Assembly: GCA_944393225.1 (NCBI GenBank)
Contig: CALXZK010000003.1
Span: 7,853-71,852, forward strand
Source: an uncultured Alphaproteobacteria bacterium
Lineage (GTDB): Bacteria > Pseudomonadota > Alphaproteobacteria > RF32 > CAG-239
DNA length: 64,000 nucleotides
Reading direction: 5' to 3'
Within the stretch, counting starts at the first letter, position 1, and each line of letters begins with the position of its first letter. Below the pieces are notes generated by a model. It made no database searches, had not been told where the DNA came from, and was given only the letters and a program-made list of their open reading frames with translations. Position numbers and translations under genes: made by a program. Of the stretch, positions 56,252-64,000 are shown piece after piece.

Positions 56252-56494
56252 TTATTCTTCTGAGCTGCCTTTTTCATCTTCAATTTCAATATCAACGGCA
56301 GCACTCGGCATAATGGTAGAAATGGCGTGCTTATAAATCAATTGGGTGTGACCATCACGGCGCAATAACAATGAAAAGCTATCAAACCAAGTAATCAAAC
56401 CTTGCAATTTTACGCCATTTACCAAAAATACGGTGACAGAAATTTTATTGTCACGAAGGTTATTTAAAAAATCATCTTGAACATTTTGTGTCAT
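56252..56494 (-). CDS. hfq: RNA chaperone Hfq
   Basis: [58 protein letters not shown] contains the Sm1/Sm2 motifs. Confidence 0.95.
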   Translation of the reverse strand: MTQNVQDDFLNNLRDNKISVTVFLVNGVKLQGLITWFDSFSLLLRRDGHTQLIYKHAISTIMPSAAVDIEIEDEKGSSEE

Positions 56495-56604
56495 TTTATT
56501 TACCTTTATTTTTTTTATTTTTTCTATTCAATGTTTTTAATATTAACCCGATTTTTTTATTAGTAAAGTCTTGATTTGTACTCAAACACAAATTTCGGTT
56601 GTAT

Positions 56605-57963
56605 TTAGCCTAAAATTTTCTCCACTTTGCGAATTGATGCCGAATCAACATAAAGGATTAAATCATCACCAATGGTCAAAACCTCGGTTTCTGACGGATA
56701 TATTGTTTCGTCCTCTCTGACAATGGCGCAAATTTTGCTGCTTGCCGGTAAGTCCAAACTTTTGATTGTTTGTCCGGCAATTTTAGAATCTTCCGTCAAC
56801 GGAATTTCCCATATTTCAGCAAATCCTCGTCCTAAAGAATATGCGCTTTGAACTTCAGTCTTGCGCAATTCATGCAAAATGTGAGAAATGGTAACGGAAG
56901 ATCTATCAACCAAAATGTTACTACCAGCAATATCAACCAAGCTGTTATATGCCGGAGAGTTCAACAAAGCGATGGTGTTTTTAACGCCGCATTTTTTAGA
57001 AAGCATGGAGGCAAGCAAATTGTCTTCATCTTCAGTTGTCACCGCGACTGCGGCATCGGCGCCATAGATTCCGGCTTCGCTCAAAATTTTGTCACTCATC
57101 ATCGGACCTTGCATGACAATGGTATCATTCAATTCTCGTGCGGTTTCATCTGCTTTTTCAAAGTCTTCTTCAATGACCTTGCAGCTGATAATGTTATCAT
57201 CTTTTTCTATCATGCGACCAATGCAGCGCGATACGGCATTACCACCAAAGACTATCAAACGCTCAATTGCTGAGTGTTCGGCACCAAAGGCAGACATTGT
57301 CAAACCGATTTTGTCCGTCGCGGTTAAGACATAAATTTCATCTCCGGCTTCCAAAGCATCACTTTTATAAGGAATAAAAATGTTATTTTTGCGGTTGATA
57401 CAGACAATTTCAATATCAATGTCATCATCTATTTGCTTCAAATTGAGCAACGGAACTTTGACAAACGGGCTGTTTTCGGGAACCTTAAAGGCAATCAAAT
57501 ACATTTTTCCACCGACCAACGGGCGTGCTTCCGACGTTCCGGGAATTTTGAGCATATTGTAAATATATTTACCAATCTCTTCATCGGGAGAAATGACTAA
57601 ATCGACCGGAATGTTTTTGTCGCTGTATAAAGTTGACCATAACGGATTTTGAAACTCGCGAGAATTGATGCGGGCAATTTTTCGAGGCACACCAAACAGT
57701 GCTTGTGCCACGGAACAAGTAACTAAATTGACTTCATCATCATTTGTGGCGGCAATCAGCAATTTAGCTTTTGCTGCGTCAGCTTTTTCCAAAACGGACG
57801 GATGCGATGATGAACCCAAAATCGGCAAAATATCAAACTCTTGCGCCAAATCATCCAAGCGTTTTTGATTGTTATCAATGACCGTTACGTCGTTGTTACC
57901 TTTTACCAAATAGCTAACGATACTTCTACCGACAGAACCTGCACCGCAAACAATAATCTTCAT
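56605..57963 (-). CDS. trkA: Trk system potassium uptake protein TrkA (tandem RCK/NAD-binding domains)
   Basis: MKIIVCGAGSVGRSI and a second Rossmann segment LIVFGGNAVSRCIG, each followed by a TrkA_C segment. Confidence 0.9.
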   Translation of the reverse strand: MKIIVCGAGSVGRSIVSYLVKGNNDVTVIDNNQKRLDDLAQEFDILPILGSSSHPSVLEKADAAKAKLLIAATNDDEVNLVTCSVAQALFGVPRKIARINSREFQNPLWSTLYSDKNIPVDLVISPDEEIGKYIYNMLKIPGTSEARPLVGGKMYLIAFKVPENSPFVKVPLLNLKQIDDDIDIEIVCINRKNNIFIPYKSDALEAGDEIYVLTATDKIGLTMSAFGAEHSAIERLIVFGGNAVSRCIGRMIEKDDNIISCKVIEEDFEKADETARELNDTIVMQGPMMSDKILSEAGIYGADAAVAVTTEDEDNLLASMLSKKCGVKNTIALLNSPAYNSLVDIAGSNILVDRSSVTISHILHELRKTEVQSAYSLGRGFAEIWEIPLTEDSKIAGQTIKSLDLPASSKICAIVREDETIYPSETEVLTIGDDLILYVDSASIRKVEKILG

Positions 57964-57973
57964 CTTTCATTCC

Positions 57974-58942
57974 TTATTGCTCTTCTTGCAAACTGCCGAA
58001 ATAGCGTTCTATTTCTGCGTAAGCATCTTGAAAATTGTTTATTTTCACATAATTTTCTCTGAACTTACGCGCATCTCGGCAATTTTTACAATACCAACAG
58101 ACATATTTGCGAGATATGCCTAAAGCTAATCTTTCTCCATAATATTCTATCAATTCTTTAATATGGGTTAACAAGGCTTGCTTTACCACGTCTATGGCGA
58201 TGGGTTGAGGTTCTATCCCCTCCTCCAAATAATTATGAATTTGCGAAATCAGCCAAGGTGCACCTAACGCCCCTCTTCCCACCATCACGGCATCTACGCC
58301 GGTTTCATCAATCATTTTTTTTGCTAACTGCGGACTGGTAATGTCGCCGTTGCCGATAACCGGTATTTTAACGGCATTTTTAACTTCGGCTATGGTTTTC
58401 CAATCGGCTTCTCCGGAGTAAAAATCACTACGGGTTCTTCCATGCACGGTGATATATGCGGCACCGCAGTCTTCACACATTTTGGCAAAATCTACCGCAT
58501 TGACATGATTATTGTCCCAACCTTTGCGAAACTTTACGCTCACCGGCAGCTTGGTTGATTTGACGGTTGTTTCGATGATTTTTTGTGCCAAAGGCATATC
58601 TTTCATCAAATAGGAGCCGGAATTATTATTGACTATTTTTTTAACCGGACACCCCATATTAATGTCGATTGAGCAAGCACCCAACTCTTCCACCAACGGA
58701 CAAACATCGGCAAAAAGCTCTGGTTCTCCGCCCACGAGTTGCACTACAACCGGATAATTTTCTTCCCTAACATCTGCGATTTTATAGCTTTTGGGATTTT
58801 TTCGTTGAATGGCATTGATGGCAACCATTTCTGAAACCATTTGTCCTTGTCCGAAACTTTTTACAAGACGGCGCATCGGACGATCGGTAATTCCTGCCAT
58901 CGGCGCCAAAAATACGCGGCTGTCAAAATTTAATATTTTCAT
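57974..58942 (-). CDS. dusB: tRNA-dihydrouridine synthase B (NifR3 family)
   Basis: VFLAPMAGITDRPMR, IDINMGCPVKK, ITVHGRTR, VIGNGDI. Confidence 0.92.
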   Translation of the reverse strand: MKILNFDSRVFLAPMAGITDRPMRRLVKSFGQGQMVSEMVAINAIQRKNPKSYKIADVREENYPVVVQLVGGEPELFADVCPLVEELGACSIDINMGCPVKKIVNNNSGSYLMKDMPLAQKIIETTVKSTKLPVSVKFRKGWDNNHVNAVDFAKMCEDCGAAYITVHGRTRSDFYSGEADWKTIAEVKNAVKIPVIGNGDITSPQLAKKMIDETGVDAVMVGRGALGAPWLISQIHNYLEEGIEPQPIAIDVVKQALLTHIKELIEYYGERLALGISRKYVCWYCKNCRDARKFRENYVKINNFQDAYAEIERYFGSLQEEQ

Positions 58943-59511
58943 TATACCCTATAATCAAAAGATTTATCATATTTATACATATATTCTATGCGGCTATCCG
59001 GCTCTTTATTAATATTGAAGGTAAAAGCATAGGCTTGTGCCGCATAGCCCAAATCATAAACCGTGAACTTTCCGCCTTCTAAAAAGAGCGGCATTTCGGA
59101 ATATCCGCCCAACTCATTTTTTTGATACAAGCGACTGACATTTTTGGCATCTACCGAAATGTGATTTTGCAATTCTTCCCAAAAAGATGTTTCTTCAATC
59201 TCAGCTTCAAGAACCGGTGCGGAATCATCTGTATTATCATCAATTTGGTGTTGCGGTGTTTGCTCTTTTTTTAAGTTGTTGGTATCGGATATTTGCGCAG
59301 AAACAACATGAATATTATAAGCCGTTGACGGTTCCAGATAGCTAAAAGCAAAACTCCCGATATTGTTTGTTTGCGTTTCAGATGTTTTGCTTTCTTTAAC
59401 CTCAGTAGAAAACGCCGATTTGTTTTTTATAACATCTACAGAATGTTTTATTTGCGATGTTAAATCGGCGTATAGACCACCAAGTTTATCTGTTGCCGTC
59501 ATAACGACCAT
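58942..59511 (-). CDS. Hypothetical protein (189 aa), no domain recognised
   Basis: An intact ORF. Its stop overlaps the dusB start by 1 nt, and it begins 12 nt after the giant coiled-coil gene. It has an acidic central segment. Confidence 0.6.
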   Translation of the reverse strand: MVVMTATDKLGGLYADLTSQIKHSVDVIKNKSAFSTEVKESKTSETQTNNIGSFAFSYLEPSTAYNIHVVSAQISDTNNLKKEQTPQHQIDDNTDDSAPVLEAEIEETSFWEELQNHISVDAKNVSRLYQKNELGGYSEMPLFLEGGKFTVYDLGYAAQAYAFTFNINKEPDSRIEYMYKYDKSFDYRV

Positions 59512-59523
59512 TATTCATTCCTA

Positions 59524-62500
59524 CTAGTTCAATTTATCCAAGGCTTTGGCTAAAATATAATATACTTTACCAATATCTGCTCCGGAAATGACGGACAACA
59601 ATACGCCGGCATGTTCATTCATGCGAGCTCTGGCAACCAAAGTTTCAAAATCGCTCAAATATTTGGTAACCATATTGCGGAAATCCATATTCTTTTCATA
59701 AAGTTTGCGAATTTCCAATATTTGTTGTTTGGTCATGTTCTTTGCCAAATAGCGCACGAAGGCAGATGTATCGCCATTATAATACTTCTTCCAAATTTCC
59801 TCTTCGGCATTGGGGTTGAAAATGCGGTTAATATCAACGGAAGAAGTTTCCAGTTTTTCAATAATATAAGCCGCATCTTTCAAGAATGTATCAATTTGTG
59901 CGTTTTCGTAGCGTTTTTCCATATCGGTCAAGTTTTTCTCAGCTTTTTGTGCAGTTTCGGTTAATACCTTCAACTGTTTTTCAATAATATCGCTGAAAGC
60001 AACTGATTTTTTAATCAATTCATCACCGCTGGCAGAGAAATCTGAGCTACTGTTGTTCAAAACATTCATAACATCGGTTACTTTTTTCAAAGTATCATCT
60101 CCGGCAGCAACCAAAACTCCGGATTGCTTCAAGAAAACTTCACCTGATGAACGAATTTCGTTTGATATACGCTCAGCATTGCTTGCAATTTCCGTAATTG
60201 TGGCGCGCAACTTATTACCGGTGTTTTCAAAGTTGGTTGTTGTCATCTTAGAAGCTTCATCCATTTGCAGGCTTAAAGTTTTTAAGTTTTCACCCAAACC
60301 TTTGACTTTTTCATAGGCAAAATTGGCTCGATTTGACAATTGTACCGATGTGTCATTCAATACCGTATTAAAGCATTCTACCAACTGTTTGGTATCTTCG
60401 GAAATTTTTATCATCTTATCGCTTTGTGATGAAATAAGATTATTAATTTCAAAAACGCCACTGCTGGCTTCTGCCGTAACCGTATTAAAGTTGGCAATAT
60501 ATTTTTCATAATCATTCATGGCTGTTGCAATTTTGGCGCTTGATTTATTGACATTTGCACCAAAATCATCAACCAACTGACTTAAAGCCATATTCATTTG
60601 TTCTACATTTTTGATGGAATCTTTGGATGATTTATTAATATCTTCATTTACTTTCAGCAATCTGTCGCCTAAGACATTGAACTCATAAGCAATTTTTGCC
60701 GAATTTTCCAAAATATTATCCGTGCCGTCTTTCATGTTCTTATTGATTTCATTGATTCTCTCGGCAACTTCGGTTGAAGCATCGGACAAATATTTGTATT
60801 GTTGAGCCAAAGAAGCTTCACCCAAGCGCGTTTGAGCGGCAACGGTATTGGCAATATCTGCCAAAGTTTCGCCCTGACGTTCAAAACTATCTTTTATCAA
60901 ATCTGACTGAGTAATGGTTTTGCTCAAAAAAGAATCAATGTTTTGAGCATGAGAATCCAACATTGTAATTGTGTTTTTGCTCTCTTGAACCAGATTTTGA
61001 TTAGCTTGATTGATTTTATCGCAATTACCCATGATTGATGCGGTAAAGCCGTCTGAGCTTAAGGTTAAATCTTTCACAGTGTCGTTAAAGATTTGGAAAT
61101 TATCTCTAAATGTGGCAGAGATTAATGCCATTTTATCGGTAATTTCTTGAATAAACTTGCTGACATCGTTGTTTTGAACCGTAATGGATTGATTTACTTC
61201 TGCCAACTTATCAATTGATTTGACCGTATTGGCAACAACGGCATCAACTCGTTTGTTTACATCTTCTTCCAGCAAGGTCATTCTAGAAAAGACCTTATCT
61301 GCACTTTGTTCAATAACCGAAACTTGTTTTTTCAATGTATTGCCCATATTGTCGGTATTTTCGGTCAAACGATCGCAAATATTGAAAAACTCATTTTCTT
61401 GTTGCTTAAACAACAAGCTAATGTTTTCTGCTTTTTCATCCATTGCTTGAACAACATCGGCAACATATTTGACCGTTGCTTCTGCAATTTTGCCGATATT
61501 TTCATTTTGAACAGCAAAAGAATTGTTCAATTTTTGAAGTGTGGTTTCTGAGTTTGCTGTTGCAATATTGACATTAGCAGCGTGTCTTTCCATGGTTTCA
61601 GCCACGGTTACGGAACGCTCAGCAACGGATTTAACCAATTTTTCCATCTCTTGTGATTGGTTATTCAAAATGCTTTCCATACGCGCAACTTTGCCAAGAG
61701 CCATATCGGCTTTTTCATTAAATTGTGCAGCTTGGTCATTCAAACTGCTGTTTGCCAATTGGGTTTTAGAAACAATGTTATTGCAAACGTCATAGGTTTC
61801 TGACAATTGTTTTTTCAAAGTTTCTACCGTATTTCCGGCTTCGTGACCCAAGAATGAAGATGTGCGCATCAATTCATCGATTTGATATTTTAATTCTGCT
61901 TTGATTGCTTCAATCTTCTTGACCATTTCTTCTATGCTGTTTTGTTGTTGCGCAATTGCATTTTCTCCGACTTTGCTTTGAGCAACAACGAGTGAAGAAG
62001 CTTCATTCAAATTATCAATATTTTTCTTAACAATACCGGAAACATCGTCAAGTTTCACTCTGGCAACATCTGTTTGTTCTTGCAATGCATTGATATTATT
62101 CTTAAATTCTTGCATCAAGAGTTTGAAGTTAAGTATGATACCATCACTTATTTTTTGCAGATTTTCATTCTGACTATTAATATCTGCCTTGATAGAATTG
62201 GCATTAGCTTGATTTTGCTCTGATAAAGCACTCAAGCGCTCTGTACTAACTTCGCTTTTAGCAACAATTTCTTCCAAATTGTGAATAATATTTTCTGACA
62301 TGGCTGCTACATTGTTTTTACCATTCAAAACATTATTCTCAACAGATTTAATGTTCTCAGAAATTTTATCGGCAATGTTTTCCAATGATTGAACTTGCAT
62401 GCCAACCGTTTCGGCAATGATGTTTGCACGGGATGCCACTTTCTCAACTTCAGAAGACAAGAATTTGCTTTGAGAAGAAAATCTTTCACTTAAACTATCT

Positions 62501-63588
62501 GCAACATTGTCAATTTTATCCAAATATTCTTCTACCGTTGAAGTCTGATTGCTTAATACATTTTCAATTTTATTAACGCTTCCGTCAATTTTTTGAGTGA
62601 TAACATCACATACATCTACGGCACCTTTGGCGGTTTCTTGCAATTTTGCGGTTTGCGCATCCAAAAGCTGAGCTACGTTTTCAACACTCTTAACGGTTAA
62701 ATCACCAAAGTCTGCCAAGGTTTGATTAGCTTTGCTGATTTTAGCTGCGTTTCCTTCCATCAAGCTTTGGAACATTTGTGAGGATTGTTTTAATTCCAAA
62801 ACATTTGGCGTTATTTTTTCAAATAATCTTTGGCAATTTTGCTCAATTACTTGTGCTGAAGATGAGAAATCGCCAATATAACCTTTGAATGTTTCAGAAG
62901 AAGCTTGCGCTCTGGCTGTGACATAATCAAAATTTTCAACCAAAGTTTTAACACCATCGGTCAACTCTACAATGGTGTGGGAAGAATAGTTATCTAAGGT
63001 ACTGACTAATTTGGAAAAATCATTAACTCTTTCGCTCAACTCTTTTTTAATGATTTCGGTTTGTTGCATGGCATGTTTGGTCACGGCTTGCAACTCTCCG
63101 ACTTGAGAGCGAATGGCATCGGCCATGGCTTTTGCCGTTTGGGCACCGCCTTCTTCCGGATATACAAGTTGGTTCATATAAGCACGCAAAAACTTAGCTT
63201 CATTTTTAAAACTTGCGCCACGGTCTATATAAGCCATAACCACCCAAATAATGGCTAAAGGCAAGGTTACGCCGGCTAAGAATCCACCAAACTCATCCGG
63301 CATCATCAAAAACAAGTTTGACCAACCGAAAAACTGAGTAATGTAAATTAAAACGATAATAAACCAAAGTACGGAAATACCTATCATTAAGCGCGTGAGA
63401 TTGTTGGCCAACCATGTTACGGCTTGAGGTTCATCATTATAATCGATTTTGCTGTTTTCTGACATAAAGCCCGGAAGAGCGACATTCTTTTTTTGCTGAT
63501 CAGTCTTATCAACTTGTTGATTTGACATAAATATATTCCCTAATTTTTTTTTGATTTTCCCTTTTTTGACAAATGTTATTATCCCCAT
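59524..63588 (-). CDS. Giant membrane-anchored coiled-coil protein (1354 aa)
   Basis: Two N-terminal TM helices (LMIGISVLWFIIVLIYITQFF; FGGFLAGVTLPLAIIWVVMAYI). About 1100 aa of heptad-like, Ala/Glu/Asn/Gln/Ser/Val-rich helical repeats. A distinct globular-looking C-terminal ~130 aa (...IWKKYYNGDTSAFVRYLAKNMTKQQILEIRKLYEKNMDFRNMV...GADIGKVYYILAKALDKLN). An alternative start is M21 at 63528. Confidence 0.8.
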   Translation of the reverse strand: MGIITFVKKGKIKKKLGNIFMSNQQVDKTDQQKKNVALPGFMSENSKIDYNDEPQAVTWLANNLTRLMIGISVLWFIIVLIYITQFFGWSNLFLMMPDEFGGFLAGVTLPLAIIWVVMAYIDRGASFKNEAKFLRAYMNQLVYPEEGGAQTAKAMADAIRSQVGELQAVTKHAMQQTEIIKKELSERVNDFSKLVSTLDNYSSHTIVELTDGVKTLVENFDYVTARAQASSETFKGYIGDFSSSAQVIEQNCQRLFEKITPNVLELKQSSQMFQSLMEGNAAKISKANQTLADFGDLTVKSVENVAQLLDAQTAKLQETAKGAVDVCDVITQKIDGSVNKIENVLSNQTSTVEEYLDKIDNVADSLSERFSSQSKFLSSEVEKVASRANIIAETVGMQVQSLENIADKISENIKSVENNVLNGKNNVAAMSENIIHNLEEIVAKSEVSTERLSALSEQNQANANSIKADINSQNENLQKISDGIILNFKLLMQEFKNNINALQEQTDVARVKLDDVSGIVKKNIDNLNEASSLVVAQSKVGENAIAQQQNSIEEMVKKIEAIKAELKYQIDELMRTSSFLGHEAGNTVETLKKQLSETYDVCNNIVSKTQLANSSLNDQAAQFNEKADMALGKVARMESILNNQSQEMEKLVKSVAERSVTVAETMERHAANVNIATANSETTLQKLNNSFAVQNENIGKIAEATVKYVADVVQAMDEKAENISLLFKQQENEFFNICDRLTENTDNMGNTLKKQVSVIEQSADKVFSRMTLLEEDVNKRVDAVVANTVKSIDKLAEVNQSITVQNNDVSKFIQEITDKMALISATFRDNFQIFNDTVKDLTLSSDGFTASIMGNCDKINQANQNLVQESKNTITMLDSHAQNIDSFLSKTITQSDLIKDSFERQGETLADIANTVAAQTRLGEASLAQQYKYLSDASTEVAERINEINKNMKDGTDNILENSAKIAYEFNVLGDRLLKVNEDINKSSKDSIKNVEQMNMALSQLVDDFGANVNKSSAKIATAMNDYEKYIANFNTVTAEASSGVFEINNLISSQSDKMIKISEDTKQLVECFNTVLNDTSVQLSNRANFAYEKVKGLGENLKTLSLQMDEASKMTTTNFENTGNKLRATITEIASNAERISNEIRSSGEVFLKQSGVLVAAGDDTLKKVTDVMNVLNNSSSDFSASGDELIKKSVAFSDIIEKQLKVLTETAQKAEKNLTDMEKRYENAQIDTFLKDAAYIIEKLETSSVDINRIFNPNAEEEIWKKYYNGDTSAFVRYLAKNMTKQQILEIRKLYEKNMDFRNMVTKYLSDFETLVARARMNEHAGVLLSVISGADIGKVYYILAKALDKLN

Positions 63589-63681
63589 AGCAACATTTGT
63601 CGGAATGAGTTTATATTATTTTTTTTGATTTTTAAATATTAAAGTGGCAGATTAAAAGTTATCCACAACGGCTTTTTAGAT

Positions 63682-64000
63682 TTAGAATAAACCGGTGATT
63701 TTTCCGTTTTCATCTACATCTATATCTTCTGCGGCAGGATGCTCCGGCAACCCCGGCATATCCAAAATATTACCAGCATAAGCAACCACAAACCCTGCTC
63801 CAGCCGACAAAGAAACATCTCTTATCGGCAAAGCATAATCTTTGGGTGCATTACGCAGAGCTTTATCGTGAGAAATGGAGTTTTGCGTCTTGGCTATGCA
63901 AACACATAAATCGCCATAGCCTCGCTCCGAATAGGCTCTGAGTTTTTCCATAGCTAAATCTGAAAAATCGGCATATTTAGCGCGATAGATTTCTTTGGCG
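63682..64000 (-). CDS. fhs: Formate--tetrahydrofolate ligase, C-terminal part (the 5' end lies beyond the window)
   Basis: ...AKEIYRAKYADFSDLAMEKLRAYSERGYGDLCVCIAKTQNSISHD...IRDVSLSAGAGFVVAYAGNILDMPGLPEHPAAEDIDVDENGKITGLF is the conserved FTHFS C-terminus. I checked that the frame stays open upstream of the track's Met through position 63999. Confidence 0.9.
   Translation of the reverse strand, partial: AKEIYRAKYADFSDLAMEKLRAYSERGYGDLCVCIAKTQNSISHDKALRNAPKDYALPIRDVSLSAGAGFVVAYAGNILDMPGLPEHPAAEDIDVDENGKITGLF

Noticed and set aside
1-64000. CRISPR arrays, IS elements or transposases, tyrosine integrases, rRNA genes, and recognisable defence systems (RM, CBASS, retron RT, Cas, Abi)
   Set aside because: I found no regularly spaced repeats and no transposase or integrase motifs. 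No reverse transcriptase, nuclease-helicase or cyclase combinations appear in any listed ORF. The only recombinases are the two serine-recombinase homologs at 7.7-9.1 kb.

Overview
This is a 64-kb stretch of an AT-rich bacterial chromosome. It is most likely an alphaproteobacterium with a reduced regulatory repertoire. That is an inference from gene content and synteny: dusB-trkA-hfq-hflX, DUF2155 next to MlaD paralogs, paired M16 peptidases-DUF3035-lspA, and rlpA-dacC-tmk-holB-tatD. No database search was possible, so all calls rest on motif recognition in the supplied translations and on my own reading of the DNA.

Content: about 65 protein genes, mostly on the minus strand, and three tRNAs (Lys-CUU, Ser-UGA, Leu-GAG). 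I found no rRNA, no CRISPR array and no recognisable transposase or IS.

Positions 12.3-64 kb are mainly housekeeping: metG, trkH/trkA, mutL, pgi, recJ, mgtE, lspA, hfq/hflX, dusB, tmk, holB, cell-wall enzymes, a GldA/F/G-like ABC system, and partial fhs at the right edge.

The accessory part is 1-12.2 kb. (i) A tightly packed, visibly more AT-rich minus-strand CDP-hexose glycan operon (rfbF, rfbG, epimerase, GT2) also carries an unusual quartet: a ThDP enzyme, a dehydroquinate-synthase-like cyclase, an SDR and an HpcH-type aldolase. (ii) The operon is headed by an intact ORF that is a serine-recombinase homolog with its catalytic Ser and Arg residues replaced. It lies back-to-back with a bona fide serine invertase. 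(iii) A 0.8-kb non-coding region follows, with a direct-repeat/hairpin/direct-repeat module and a GC-rich block of about 280 nt. (iv) Three orphan genes, including a lipoprotein that looks like an internally deleted PBP transpeptidase, end at tRNA-Lys.

A second, decayed integration scar sits at tRNA-Ser (a tRNA 3'-end fragment plus a truncated GH24 lysozyme).

Other points worth a look are a 1354-aa membrane-anchored coiled-coil protein upstream of dusB, loss of ntrBC/ntrYX between dusB and trkA, a divergent LpxA paralog, and a Panacea-domain gene. My best candidate for something new is the dead-recombinase / invertase / glycan-operon arrangement, but the evidence for an invertible switch is weak and needs read-level testing.
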